A stretch of 38,480 nucleotides of DNA from Planctomycetota bacterium (GCA_038231435.1 JBBRLJ010000048.1:1-38480); one strand, 5' to 3'. Shown: positions 8,880 to 19,045, counted from the first letter of the stretch. Numbers and translations: made by a program. Notes: generated by a model from the letters alone, not told the origin.

Positions 8880-9757
8880 CTCGAGGTGGCCCGAGGTGGC
8901 GTCCTATCGGCGTCCACGCTGCGCAGTTCGAGCGTCAGGCCGGCCTCGCCGAAACGCTGGCGATAGACCAGGCCGGTCACGTCGCACCACAGCTGCGCGG
9001 CGGGATTCCCGGAGTCGCCGCTCTCGTCTACGCGCATCAACAGCAGGGTGCCGACCGCGGTGGCGATCTCCTCTTCCCCCGCCACGGTGAAGCGTGCCTG
9101 GCGCAGCGCGGTCTGTCGTCCAGCGAGATCCGCGCCGAGCAGATCGATGCTGAAGCGCGTCCCCAGACGCAAGCCGGCTGGCAGGCACGAGACCACCGCC
9201 AGCGCGCTGACCTCGTGCCGCTGTGGGGATGCCCACGAGAAGGCCCCGTTGGTCGCGTCGCCGGCCTTCCAGGTCCCAGCGATGCCGCTGGAGGTGAGCT
9301 CTGCGCTCGCCCGGGCGGACAGTCCGAAGGCTGAAGCCGAAGCGTCGACGGCCGTCAACCAACCACCGGCGTCGATGGCCTCATCGAGCGAGAGCGTTAC
9401 CTGGCTCCTGGCAGCGGCGGGACCGCCGCCCTCGCCCCCGCCCGCGAACGTGGCGCGCAGCTGGGAAAAACCCGGGATGAACGACGCGTCGGCGAGCTGC
9501 GCTCGGCTCGATACACGGTATCCGTCCTCGGCCCGCGCGCACCAGACTGAGCACGAGCCGATCGTCCGCTCGCCATGTTGACCGTCGAGCAGCAGCGCAT
9601 ACGTGACCCGCTGCCCGACGCGCGCCTCGAATCCGGGACAGAGGCGACCGCCCGCGGGGCGGAGCAGCGAGGCCGCGTGGGCGCCGAAGAGTGCGGCCCA
9701 CGTCACCAGGACGCCCGCGCGGACGCATGAGGCGGCGCTCAGCATAGCGACGTCCAC
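8876..9757 (-). CDS. Hypothetical membrane-anchored or exported beta-rich protein
   Basis: N-terminal hydrophobic segment followed by a beta-strand-rich body. Its stop overlaps the squalene synthase start (ATGA at 8876-8879). Start uncertain. Confidence 0.65.
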   Translation of the reverse strand: MDVAMLSAASCVRAGVLVTWAALFGAHAASLLRPAGGRLCPGFEARVGQRVTYALLLDGQHGERTIGSCSVWCARAEDGYRVSSRAQLADASFIPGFSQLRATFAGGGEGGGPAAARSQVTLSLDEAIDAGGWLTAVDASASAFGLSARASAELTSSGIAGTWKAGDATNGAFSWASPQRHEVSALAVVSCLPAGLRLGTRFSIDLLGADLAGRQTALRQARFTVAGEEEIATAVGTLLLMRVDESGDSGNPAAQLWCDVTGLVYRQRFGEAGLTLELRSVDADRTPPRATSR

Positions 9758-9814
9758 GGCGCGGGCCGCGCTGGTTCCGGTGCGGCCGGCCGGCGCCGCG
9801 CGCCAGGGTTCCGC

Positions 9815-12079
9815 CTACTTGATCGAGTAGCTGGTGCCACTGTGCCCGGTGCCTCCATTTTCGGTTCCGACGAGGGTGAAGCCGATGCCGAACCGCTGAT
9901 CGTAGAGGCTGCCGGTCGGGCTCAGCTGGTACTCGTAGGAGATGCTCAGCTGACCGTCGACCATGTCGCGGGAGATCTGCGCGAACCAGATGTCCACCGG
10001 CCGCCCGCCCGGCCGCAGGGTCACCGAGCCGTCGAAGCTGTAGCGCTCTGCCTTCACGCTGAACCCGGGCTCGTTTTCGAAGGTCGGAGCGGATCCGGGC
10101 AGATCAGAGAGCAACGAGATGATGTGGTGCACGGTCAGGTGCTCGCTGACCAAGTATGAGCCGGAGCCGTACAGCGAGGTGAGCTGGCGCGGCCGGTCGT
10201 CGTAGGCGAAGCTGCCGGTCAGGGTCAGGCGGCGCCCGACCTGGCCGTCGATGTCGCCGGTGATGTCGGCGAAACGCGTGCGGCCCTGGTAGAGGACTCC
10301 GGCGGCATCGACGAACAGGCGGTCCTCGTCGCGCATCGCCCACCGCGAGTTCACCCGGGCCCGCAGCTGGTAGCCATCCTTGGTGAACGAGGTCTCGACG
10401 CCCGCGGTATAGTAGCGCTTGTCCTCTTCGAGCACGTCGCGGGCGTCGCCGAAACCGTAGGCAGGCAGCACGTCGCCGAACCCCGGCGAGGACATGTCGA
10501 TGCCAAGCCGCGGAACCACGATGTGCGTCCACGATTCGCCTTCCGCGATGAAGCGCAGGCGCGCGCCAGAGGTGGTGAACGCCAGGTGGCGCTCCTGCTC
10601 GCCGCTGAGGTCCGCGCCGAGGATGCGTCCGTGGTCGTAGCGCAGCGCGCGCCCGCCGCCCGCGGCGTCGAGACCGAAGCCCCCGAACCACTGCAGCCCA
10701 CCGAGCGAGGCCTCGCCGCGCAGCCGATCCGCCGAGGTATCGGCGTGGATGCGGTGCAGGTCCTCTTCCCAAGCCCAGCCCTCGGCGTGCAGCGGGCCGG
10801 CCACCTCGAGCGGCACCATCTCTGCGTGCAGGCCGATCCAGCGTTCGGTGGCGGTGTAATCGCGCCGGGGATTGCGTTGGGTATCGACCGCGAGGGTTCC
10901 GATGGGGAAACCGTACGCGAGCGCGGCACCCTGGCGGGCGAACGGGCGATGATCGAGATCGGAGCGGAAGAAATCAGCGCGGAAGCGTTCGTCCGAGCCG
11001 GCTGTGGGCGGCACAGCGCCAGGCACCAGCGGGTCGGGCGCGGGTTCGGCGACGAAGCGGCCGTAGAAAGCACCGTGGCCAAGATCGAGCTGGTGCTCGA
11101 CGTCGACCAGCCGCGCGCGGCGGCGCCCGGCCTCGTCGGCGTCGTTCACGCCGCCGGCGACGTGCTCCTTCGGCATCTCGAAGTATTCCACCATGCCGTG
11201 GCCGAAATCCTCGTGGCGCCAGAAGCCATTGGCGCCGAAGCCGATTCCGGCGCGGGTATTGTCGTCGCCGCGCAGCTCGAGGCGGGTGTGCCAGTCGGCC
11301 ACCACGGGCAGGTTGCTGCCGACCCAATAGTGCACGTACTTGCCGAGCCGGCGAGACGCCCCGAACAGCACCTTCGACCACGGATAGTCGAGGGTGAAAT
11401 CGCGATACAGGTACGGCAGCCACAACACCGGCACACCGATGATGCGCGCGGTCGGGGCGACCACGTCGACGCCGGATACGAAGCGCTCGAAGCCATCACG
11501 GTCGACCTTCGGCTTGTCGAACAGGTAGATGCGGATGGTCGGGCAGTAGTAGCTGAGGATGCCGCCGTTGCCGAGATCGACCTCGACGTTGCGCAGGACG
11601 ATGCGGTCGTGCTCGATGACGACGCGGCGCGCGCGCGCCCGGATGGTGCGGCCATTGGCCTCGAGGAAGACCTGCGCATTGCTGCCTTCGCCGGTGCGCT
11701 GCTCGGGATGCACTCCGAGCCAGTCGGCATGGATGCGCACGCCGGGACGGATGTAGACCACGTGGCCGGTGGCGTAGAGGTCCTGCTGTTTGGTGTCGAT
11801 GCGCACCGCGTCGCCCATGACGCGCTGGTCGCCGAAGGTGCAGACGAAGCCGTTCACCGCCACCAGCGAGCTGTGCTGGTCGAGGTGCAGACCGGGCACC
11901 ATCTCGAGGTGCCACTGCTCGGCGCCCACGGCGGCTGACGCGGTCAGGATGGCGGTGGCGAAGCCCGCCATCGCCACGCGGACGGACGATCGTCCCGCGG
12001 ACCATCCCGTGATTGATCCCACGCGGGAGGGCTTCGCCAGCGAGAGCCTGGAGCACAGGGGATGTCGGTGATCGCTCAT
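9815..12079 (-). CDS. LptD-like outer-membrane LPS-assembly protein
   Basis: Signal-like segment, an OstA-like N-terminal region (LYATGHVVY), 'TARIIGVPVLWLPYLY' typical of LptD, then a long amphipathic beta-barrel. The true start may be near 11971. Confidence 0.65.
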   Translation of the reverse strand: MSDHRHPLCSRLSLAKPSRVGSITGWSAGRSSVRVAMAGFATAILTASAAVGAEQWHLEMVPGLHLDQHSSLVAVNGFVCTFGDQRVMGDAVRIDTKQQDLYATGHVVYIRPGVRIHADWLGVHPEQRTGEGSNAQVFLEANGRTIRARARRVVIEHDRIVLRNVEVDLGNGGILSYYCPTIRIYLFDKPKVDRDGFERFVSGVDVVAPTARIIGVPVLWLPYLYRDFTLDYPWSKVLFGASRRLGKYVHYWVGSNLPVVADWHTRLELRGDDNTRAGIGFGANGFWRHEDFGHGMVEYFEMPKEHVAGGVNDADEAGRRRARLVDVEHQLDLGHGAFYGRFVAEPAPDPLVPGAVPPTAGSDERFRADFFRSDLDHRPFARQGAALAYGFPIGTLAVDTQRNPRRDYTATERWIGLHAEMVPLEVAGPLHAEGWAWEEDLHRIHADTSADRLRGEASLGGLQWFGGFGLDAAGGGRALRYDHGRILGADLSGEQERHLAFTTSGARLRFIAEGESWTHIVVPRLGIDMSSPGFGDVLPAYGFGDARDVLEEDKRYYTAGVETSFTKDGYQLRARVNSRWAMRDEDRLFVDAAGVLYQGRTRFADITGDIDGQVGRRLTLTGSFAYDDRPRQLTSLYGSGSYLVSEHLTVHHIISLLSDLPGSAPTFENEPGFSVKAERYSFDGSVTLRPGGRPVDIWFAQISRDMVDGQLSISYEYQLSPTGSLYDQRFGIGFTLVGTENGGTGHSGTSYSIK

Positions 12080-12145
12080 GCAGCCGCGCGCATGGTGCGC
12101 TGGTGCGCTACGCCTGCCAGTGGTTTGGGCGCCCAGGGGCGACGA

Positions 12146-13468
12146 TCACTTGAACTGGTCGAGATCCTTCAACGTAAGCGTGCCCTTGAGCTCGCGCGCC
12201 TTGAGGTCGCGCGCGACGGCGCGGGTCAGTGGACCGACGCGCCTGCCGAGGACGGTGATGAAAAAGGTGCGGTCGTCAGGAGCTCCGGCCGCGCCAGGAG
12301 CGGCCGGAGCGGGCGTGGGCGCCGGAGTCGGGATCGGAGCCGCTGGACGCAACGGCAAGGTCGCGGCGGTCAGTTCGAGGTTGACCTCCCGCATAGGCGC
12401 CGACGGAGCCGGAACCGGCGCGGGCTTCGCTGGTGCGGGCATCTGCTGCTGGATCTGCGGCTGGATCGGCAGGGAAGGCGCAGGCGGCACCGCGGCCACC
12501 TCGTCGTCGCTCATCGGCTGGACGATGATCGGCATGATCTGCTGGCGGCGGCGCGTCTCGGTGCCTGGCGCCTTCGATTCAGCGCGTGGCGCCGGCTTCG
12601 CGGGAGCGGGCTTGGAATCGTCCTGTGCATGGCCGAAGTCGAGTTCCAGAGACCCCGGGCCGGGATTCTTGTCGAGCGACTTGTAGGGTCCGGATTCGAG
12701 ATCCGCCGCCGGCATCGGCAGGGGAGTCGAGTGGCGCGGCACGGGCGGTTTCGTCGCTGGGCTGGCGACATTCGATGCGCTGGGCGCCGCCGTGGGTCTG
12801 GGCGTGGGCGCGAAGGCAGGCGAGGATTTCTGTACCTGACCGGTCTGGGATCCAGCGTCCTCGACGGCGCGGACCGCCGCCTTGCGCGCGGCATCGAGCG
12901 CCTTGTCGGCTTTGAGATCGGCACGTGCGTTCGGGGTCAGCGCTCCGGTCTTGGTCGCGAGCTCGGCCTCGGGCTCGGGTTCCCAGTCGTTGGCGCTGTG
13001 GTCGGACACCGCGGGTTGCTTCACCGCGTCTACCTCGTCGGGATCGTCTCCCGGCAGCTGTTCGACCGGCGGCATCTCCTGCGGTTCTACCTTGCTGGTA
13101 TCGGTGTGCTCGCCGGCGGCGGCATGCTCGTTGGAGCGGTCGTCCTCGTCATCGCCATCCTCGTCGTCGCCGAGGATGCGCGACACCTTGATGGTCGATT
13201 GGCCGATCTCGATGGCGGTGCCGGTCTTCAGGGGCTGTGAGCCGACGATTTGGTCGCCATCGACCTTGCAGCCATTGGTCGAAGCGAGATCGATCACCCG
13301 CCATTCGCCCTCGGTGTACTCGACGGCGCAATGCTTGCGGCTGAGCTTCAGGTCGAGGATGCGCACCTCGCAGCCCGAGCCGCGACCGATGTGGTAGCGG
13401 CGCCCGGACTTGAGGTGGTAGGTATCCATGTCCCCGTCCGACCGTTGGTGCTTCAGGCGGATGATCAT
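12146..13468 (-). CDS. FHA-domain protein with acidic and Pro/Ala-rich linker and a small C-terminal GYF_2-like domain
   Basis: FHA motifs IGRG, LSRKHC and DLASTNG. The C-terminus is FFITVLGRRVGPLTRAVARDL. Confidence 0.85.
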   Translation of the reverse strand: MIIRLKHQRSDGDMDTYHLKSGRRYHIGRGSGCEVRILDLKLSRKHCAVEYTEGEWRVIDLASTNGCKVDGDQIVGSQPLKTGTAIEIGQSTIKVSRILGDDEDGDDEDDRSNEHAAAGEHTDTSKVEPQEMPPVEQLPGDDPDEVDAVKQPAVSDHSANDWEPEPEAELATKTGALTPNARADLKADKALDAARKAAVRAVEDAGSQTGQVQKSSPAFAPTPRPTAAPSASNVASPATKPPVPRHSTPLPMPAADLESGPYKSLDKNPGPGSLELDFGHAQDDSKPAPAKPAPRAESKAPGTETRRRQQIMPIIVQPMSDDEVAAVPPAPSLPIQPQIQQQMPAPAKPAPVPAPSAPMREVNLELTAATLPLRPAAPIPTPAPTPAPAAPGAAGAPDDRTFFITVLGRRVGPLTRAVARDLKARELKGTLTLKDLDQFK

Positions 13469-13630
13469 CCTCGCTCCTGCCCGAACCTTGCGCGCTGCCG
13501 CTCACCTGGCAAGCGCGTCCAGGCCCGTGGCATGTCCGTGTTTGCGTGGTGTGGCAGTCGCAGGTCCCAGGTCGCGCCCACGCCTCGGCGAGCGGGGTCG
13601 CACTGGCGATCCGGATGCTAGGCTGCGGCC

Positions 13631-13921
13631 ATGACCATGCGCCTGGAAGTGGCCTTCGCGAAGCCGCTGTCGCGCGAGCAGCGCACGCGTTTCCTGCTGG
13701 TGGTGTCCGCGCTCGCCAAGACCAAGCGCATCGCCTTCGTGCGCGGGGACTTCGCCGCGGTGATCAACGGCGAGGCGCTCAGCGCCGCGGCGGTGCGCGC
13801 CGCACTGGTCGAGGAGGGGCTGGTTCCCGAGTCCATGGCGAGCTCGCTGGCCGAACCTGGCGCGGTCGAGACGGTCGGCGACGGCGCGCCCCGTGAGCGT
13901 GTCCGGCCCATCGGGCGGTGA
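13631..13921 (+). CDS. Small hypothetical protein
   Basis: 96 aa with host-like codon use, preceded by an extended -10-like TGcTAGGCT 6 nt before the ATG. Confidence 0.65.
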   Translation: MTMRLEVAFAKPLSREQRTRFLLVVSALAKTKRIAFVRGDFAAVINGEALSAAAVRAALVEEGLVPESMASSLAEPGAVETVGDGAPRERVRPIGR

Positions 13922-13999
13922 GCGTAAATAAATTATTGAAAACCACTTATGGCATGGAGTGAAGCGCGGTCCGACGTCACGGAGCGGCTCAGTTAGGAC

Positions 14000-14202
14000 T
14001 TTGCAAGCGGGTCGACCCCACTATCGTGTGCCTCCCCTTCGCGCTCCGACCGGAGCGTGGGGCTGGCGCCGCCGCTTCCAGAACGGGCACCACGTCCTCG
14101 TGACGTGACCCTCGGGAGCGCGCCGGCGGCGCCGGCTTGGAACCCCAAAGTGCGCGCTCCCAACCAGCTCCCCGTGCAGAGGGGGGCTCGGAGCACAGGC
14201 AC
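14000..14202 (+). promoter_or_regulatory. rpsB promoter and structured 5' leader (putative S2 autoregulatory element)
   Basis: TTGCAA (14001) ... TATCGT (14022) candidate promoter; multiple long GC stems between 14043 and 14190. Confidence 0.55.
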
Positions 14203-14991
14203 ATGGCTATCGTCAACGTCAAGGAATTGCTCGAAGCGGGAGTGCATTTCGGCACTTCGGCGAGCCTCTGGCACCCGAAGATGAAGCAGTACATCTTCGG
14301 CAAGCGCAATTCCATCCACATCATCGACATCAAGCAGACCGTCCGCGGCTTGATCCAAGCGTATTATTACGCGTCCAAGCTCGGGAAGGCCAACAAGGTC
14401 ATCCTCTTCGTCGGCACCAAGCGCCAAGCGAAGGAAGTGGTGCGCGAGTCCGCGCGCGCCATCGGCATGCCGTACGTCGCCGAGCGCTGGCTGGGCGGCA
14501 CGCTGACCAACTTCGACATCATCCGCCTCTCCATCCGCCGTCTCGATGAGATCGAGAAGCAGATGGCGCGTCCGGATTACGTCCGCGAATCGAAGAAGCT
14601 GCAGGCTCGCCATGGCCGTGAGCGCCGCCGCATCCTGCGCAACCTCGAGGGAGTGCGCGCGATGAACAAGCTGCCCGACGCGGTGTTCATCGTCGATCCG
14701 AAGAAGGAGATGAGCGCGGTCCGCGAGGCCCAGCGTCTCAACATCCCGATCATCGGCTTGATCGACAGCGACACCGATCCGGAGCTGGTCAACCTGCCGA
14801 TCCCCGGCAACGACGACGGCATCCGCTCGATCCAGGCGGTTGTGAAGGTGCTGCTCGACGGCTACTCGAAGGGCCGTTCGGAGCAGGTCACCAAGACCGC
14901 CGATCCGGTCGCGCCGACGGCACCCGCCGCGGCCGCCGCTCCGTCGGCCGATCGCACCGGTCCGGCGTTTCCCGCCGCCAAGCCGGCTTGA
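14203..14991 (+). CDS. rpsB: 30S ribosomal protein S2
   Basis: ELLEAGVHFG, HIIDI, LFVGTKRQA, RWLGGTLTNF, IPGNDDGIRSI. Confidence 0.98.
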   Translation: MAIVNVKELLEAGVHFGTSASLWHPKMKQYIFGKRNSIHIIDIKQTVRGLIQAYYYASKLGKANKVILFVGTKRQAKEVVRESARAIGMPYVAERWLGGTLTNFDIIRLSIRRLDEIEKQMARPDYVRESKKLQARHGRERRRILRNLEGVRAMNKLPDAVFIVDPKKEMSAVREAQRLNIPIIGLIDSDTDPELVNLPIPGNDDGIRSIQAVVKVLLDGYSKGRSEQVTKTADPVAPTAPAAAAAPSADRTGPAFPAAKPA

Positions 14992-15022
14992 TATCATCCG
15001 GCGCCGCGAAGCGCTGCGCCTC

Positions 15023-15094
15023 GGGGGGCTACGGCCCCCCCGCAACGGCCTCCGGCCTGCCCCCCGGGAAACAGGGGGCAGGGCGGGGAGGGCC
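15023..15094 (+). repeat. REP-like palindromic repeat, copy A
   Basis: GGGGGGCTACGGCCCCCC hairpin plus CTGCCCCCCGGGAAACAGGGGGCAG hairpin; shares motifs with the copies at 21894 and 23751. Confidence 0.65.
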
Positions 15095-15127
15095 TGACGG
15101 CAAACACCCATCCCTAGTGAGACGACC

Positions 15128-15967
15128 ATGAACCAGCCCGAGATCTCCGCCAAGCTCGTGATGACGCTGCGCGATCGCATCAACCTGCCGATGATGAAGT
15201 GCAAACAGGCGCTCGAGGCGACCAAGGGCGCCCATGCCGATGAGAAGGCCTGGCTCGATGCCGCGACCGAGTACCTGCGCAAGCAGGGCATGGCGGTGGT
15301 CGACAAGATGGCGGGCCGCGAGACGACCAATGGCGGGCTCGGCATGGCGCTGGCATCGGGCAAGGGCGCGATCGTGCTGCTCGCCTGCCAGACCGATTTC
15401 GTCTCGGGCAATGACGTGTTCAAGGCCTTCGTGAAGCAGCTGGCAGAGGTCGCGGTCGCGACCGGCGCCGAAACGGTCGACGCGCTCAAGGCGGCGAAGC
15501 TCGATGGCCAGACCGTCACCGAGGCGTTGGCCACCAAGGTCCAGCAGATCGGCGAGAACCTGGTGCTGACCAAGGTCGTGATGCTCAAGGGCCAGGTGAT
15601 CGCGGGGTACAACCACGTCGGCCGCATTGCGACACTGGTCTCGGGAACCGGCGACGCCGAGAAGCTCAAGAAGGTGGCCATGCACGTGGCGTCGGCCACA
15701 CCGGTCCCGGTCGGCCTCGATCGCGCATCGGTCGATCCGGCCGTCATCAAGAAGGAGGAGGAGATCCTCCTCGCCACGCCCGAGGTCCAGTCCAAGCCCG
15801 AGGCCATGCGCCCGAAGATCGTCCAGGGCAAGCTCGGCCGCTTCTACAAGGAGAACGTGCTGCTCGAGCAGGAGATGCTGCTCGATGCCGAGAAGGGCGA
15901 GACCGTCGAGAAGTACGCCAAGCGCCTTGGCTTGACCGTCACCGGCTTCGTCCGTCTCGCCGTGTGA
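15128..15967 (+). CDS. tsf: Elongation factor Ts
   Basis: Directly follows rpsB. Motifs MMKCKQAL, CQTDFVS, IGENL, AMHVAS and KIVQGKLGRFYKENVLLEQ. Confidence 0.97.
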   Translation: MNQPEISAKLVMTLRDRINLPMMKCKQALEATKGAHADEKAWLDAATEYLRKQGMAVVDKMAGRETTNGGLGMALASGKGAIVLLACQTDFVSGNDVFKAFVKQLAEVAVATGAETVDALKAAKLDGQTVTEALATKVQQIGENLVLTKVVMLKGQVIAGYNHVGRIATLVSGTGDAEKLKKVAMHVASATPVPVGLDRASVDPAVIKKEEEILLATPEVQSKPEAMRPKIVQGKLGRFYKENVLLEQEMLLDAEKGETVEKYAKRLGLTVTGFVRLAV

Positions 15968-16078
15968 GCGTGAGCGCGAGCGCGCGGGCACCGCGCGCTG
16001 TCGTGCCCTTGGCCGTACCAGGGATCTTCCAATGAAACGGCCGGGATGGTGGTGACCTTACCTGGCCTGCGAGGATCC

Positions 16079-16996
16079 ATGTCCGGCGACCGAGCACAGC
16101 CTTTCCGCCGTTTCCTGCGCTGTCTCGTGCTCGCGTCGGCGCTGACCGCCGCGCCCGTGCTCGCCGAGGACGCGCCAGCCGCTGGTGCCGGCGACGCGGG
16201 CGCGCCTGCGATCCAGCCGTCGCCCGATGCGCCAGCCGGTGGCGCGCCATCGGGCAAGCCACGCGGCGAGCCATTCGAACAACCCACGCCGGTCCGGCCG
16301 GTGGTCGAGGTCGATCGCCCGCATCGCCGCCGCGATCCCAACCGCGATCCCGAGCGCCCTCGCCTGGTCGAGGACGAAGCGCTGGTCATGGGCATGATCG
16401 GAGCGGGTTCGGAAAACCGCAACGACGGCGCGCTGGTGGTGAAGCGCCGCGATGGCCAGCTCGTCGACGGCTTCGGCGGCGTCGAGTTCCGCCGTTCTGA
16501 GCACACTCCGCACGAAACCATGCTGCGCATGGCCAGGCTCACCGCCGGGACCGATCCTCTCACCGCACGTGAAGGCCGTTTCATGTGGGATGCGTCGCTC
16601 GAGCAGGGCGCGTGGCGGGGCCCGCTCACGCTGTACGACGTCAGCGCCCACGGCGGCCGCAGCGTCGATCGCCGCACGCTGCTCGGCGCCGACGTGGTCG
16701 CCAGCATCCTCCACTTCGGCATCGAGCGCGACGAGCATGTGCGCTCCTACGCGATCGGCGTCTGCTTCCTCGGCAGCCCCGACATCATCCCCGTGCGGCT
16801 GACCATCGACCGCGTGATCAGCTACATCGACGGCCAGCGCTTCTACGCCACCGAGGCGCGCCTGCGCGTGCCGTTCGTGCTGGAGGAGCACCTGCTCATC
16901 TACCTCGAGGGTGCGCACCTGCGCCATGGGGTCGACGCCATCGGCAGGTCGGAGAACGTCTGGGAAGGCTTCGCGGGGATCGGCTTGCTCTGGTAA
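16079..16996 (+). CDS. Hypothetical exported protein, probable outer-membrane beta-barrel
   Basis: Signal peptide (RRFLRCLVLASALTAAPVLA-E), Pro/Ala linker, amphipathic strands and a C-terminal GFAGIGLLW with terminal aromatic residue. RBS GAGG precedes 16079. Confidence 0.7.
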   Translation: MSGDRAQPFRRFLRCLVLASALTAAPVLAEDAPAAGAGDAGAPAIQPSPDAPAGGAPSGKPRGEPFEQPTPVRPVVEVDRPHRRRDPNRDPERPRLVEDEALVMGMIGAGSENRNDGALVVKRRDGQLVDGFGGVEFRRSEHTPHETMLRMARLTAGTDPLTAREGRFMWDASLEQGAWRGPLTLYDVSAHGGRSVDRRTLLGADVVASILHFGIERDEHVRSYAIGVCFLGSPDIIPVRLTIDRVISYIDGQRFYATEARLRVPFVLEEHLLIYLEGAHLRHGVDAIGRSENVWEGFAGIGLLW

Positions 16997-17096
16997 GAAC
17001 GGAGAAGTCCGTCGTCGCGTAGTTCGACGTCCGCTGCCAGGGAACCGCTTGCACCTCCGCAGGGTGCTTTTTCCCCACCTTGCTAGTATCCCTGGC

Positions 17097-17780
17097 ATGA
17101 CCGGCGCCGACCCAGTTCTGATCGCCCCACGTCGTGAACCGTTGGTCTTGCTGCGGCTGTGCGCCATCGCCTTCATCGCCCTCGCCATCCATCCGCTCGC
17201 CGATCGCTTCACCTGGCTGATGGAGAACGTCCCGACCCTGATCGTGGCGCCGATCCTGCTCTGGACGTGGCGCCGGTTTCCGCTCACGCCGCTGCTCTAC
17301 CGCCTGCTGTTCCTCCACGCCCTGGTGCTGATGGTCGGCGGGCACTGGACGTACGCGCGCGTTCCCGCCGGGGACTGGGTGCGCGACTGGCTCCACCTCA
17401 CGCGCAATCCCTACGACCGGCTCGGGCATCTCGCCCAGGGCTTCGTGCCGGTGATCGCCATGCGCGAGCTGATGCTGCGCCACCGGGTCTTCACCCGCGG
17501 CGGCCTGATGCCGTCCATTGCCCTGGTGCTGATGGCCTTGGGCATCAGCGCGTCCTACGAGCTGGTCGAGTGGATCACCGCGGTGACCAAGGGGGCGGGA
17601 GCCGATGATTTCCTGGGCACCCAGGGCGATCCGTGGGATACGCAGTGGGACATGTGCTGCGCCATGATCGGCGCGATCCTGTCACTGCTGCTGCTGACGC
17701 GGGAGCACGACCGCCAGCTCACGGCGCTCACACGGCGCCCGGACGATCCGGAGCGGGACGCGGGCTTGCCCGCAGCGTAG
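17097..17780 (+). CDS. DUF2238/YjdF-family inner-membrane protein
   Basis: [48 protein letters not shown]. Confidence 0.9.
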   Translation: MTGADPVLIAPRREPLVLLRLCAIAFIALAIHPLADRFTWLMENVPTLIVAPILLWTWRRFPLTPLLYRLLFLHALVLMVGGHWTYARVPAGDWVRDWLHLTRNPYDRLGHLAQGFVPVIAMRELMLRHRVFTRGGLMPSIALVLMALGISASYELVEWITAVTKGAGADDFLGTQGDPWDTQWDMCCAMIGAILSLLLLTREHDRQLTALTRRPDDPERDAGLPAA

Positions 17781-17842
17781 GCCGCCTAGCGTCCCTGGCG
17801 TCCGTGCGCGCCGCGCCCGGCCGGCCCTGCCACGGAGCATCC

Positions 17843-19045
17843 ATGACCTCGATCGGCACCCCGCTCTCGTCCACCGCCACCCGCGTGATGATGCTCGGTT
17901 CGGGCGAACTCGGGAAGGAAGTGGTGATCGAGCTGCAGCGCCTCGGCTGCGAGGTCATCGCCTGCGACCGCTATCCTAACGCGCCGGCGATGCAGGTCGC
18001 CCACCGCAGCCATGTCTTCTCGATGCTCGATGGCGCAGCGCTGCGCAAGGCGGTCGAGCAGGAGAAGCCGCACGTCATCGTACCCGAGATCGAAGCCATC
18101 GCGACCGATGTGCTGGTCGAACTCGAGTCCGAGGGTTTCCATGTGGTGCCCTCGGCGCGCGCCGCACGGCTGACCATGAACCGCGAGGGCATCCGCCGAT
18201 TGACCGCCGAAGAGCTCGGGCTGCCGACCTCGCCCTACCGCTTCGTGGCCACCGAGAGCGAATTCGCCGTCGCCGCGCGTGAGCTCGGGTGGCCGTGCGT
18301 GATCAAGCCGCTGATGTCCTCGAGCGGCAAGGGCCAGAGCGTGGTGCGTTCGGGCTCCGATGTGCCGAAGGCGTGGAAGTATGCCCAGGAGGGCAGCCGT
18401 GCCGGTGCCGGTCGCTGCATCGTCGAAGGCTGGGTGCCCTTCGATTACGAGATCACGGTGCTGACGGTGTCGGCGGTGAACGGCATGCAGTGCTGTCCGC
18501 CGATCGGCCACATCCAGATCGACGGCGACTACCGCGAATCCTGGCAGCCGATCGCCATGTCCTCGGCGGCCTGGGCCGAATCGCAGCGCATCGCCCAGAA
18601 GGTGGTCGGTAGCCTGGGCGGCCGCGGCATCTTCGGCGTCGAGCTGTTCGTGGTCGCGGCCAAGGATGGCGCACCTGAGCGTGTGGTGTTCAGCGAGGTC
18701 AGCCCGCGGCCGCACGATACGGGACTGGTCACCCTCGGCAGCCAGCAGTACAGCGAGTTCGCCATCCATGCGCGCGCGATCCTCGGCCTGCCGGTACCTC
18801 CGATCCGCCTGGCGCGGCCCGCCGCGAGCGTGGCGATCCTCGGCGAGGGGGATGGCGTGCCGGTGTTCCACGGGCTCGACCGCGCGCTGGCGATTCCCGA
18901 AAGCCAGGTGCGCTTGTTCGGCAAGCCGGTGTGCTCGGGAAAGCGCCGGCTCGCGGTGGCGGTCGCGGCGGCCGATTCGGTCGAAGAGGCCCGCGCCCGT
19001 GCCCGCGAGATGGGCGCGGCGATCCGCATCGTACTCGACGGCTGA
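17843..19045 (+). CDS. purT: Formate-dependent phosphoribosylglycinamide formyltransferase
   Basis: [58 protein letters not shown]. Confidence 0.97.
   Translation: MTSIGTPLSSTATRVMMLGSGELGKEVVIELQRLGCEVIACDRYPNAPAMQVAHRSHVFSMLDGAALRKAVEQEKPHVIVPEIEAIATDVLVELESEGFHVVPSARAARLTMNREGIRRLTAEELGLPTSPYRFVATESEFAVAARELGWPCVIKPLMSSSGKGQSVVRSGSDVPKAWKYAQEGSRAGAGRCIVEGWVPFDYEITVLTVSAVNGMQCCPPIGHIQIDGDYRESWQPIAMSSAAWAESQRIAQKVVGSLGGRGIFGVELFVVAAKDGAPERVVFSEVSPRPHDTGLVTLGSQQYSEFAIHARAILGLPVPPIRLARPAASVAILGEGDGVPVFHGLDRALAIPESQVRLFGKPVCSGKRRLAVAVAAADSVEEARARAREMGAAIRIVLDG

Noticed and set aside
13925..13950. AT-rich patch (taaataaattattgaaaaccacttat) as an att or IHF site
   Set aside because: Only an imperfect IHF-like match and no integrase nearby; it may simply be upstream promoter DNA for rpsB.
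13993..15831. 612-aa minus-strand ORF
   Set aside because: Antisense to rpsB-tsf; a typical high-GC shadow ORF.
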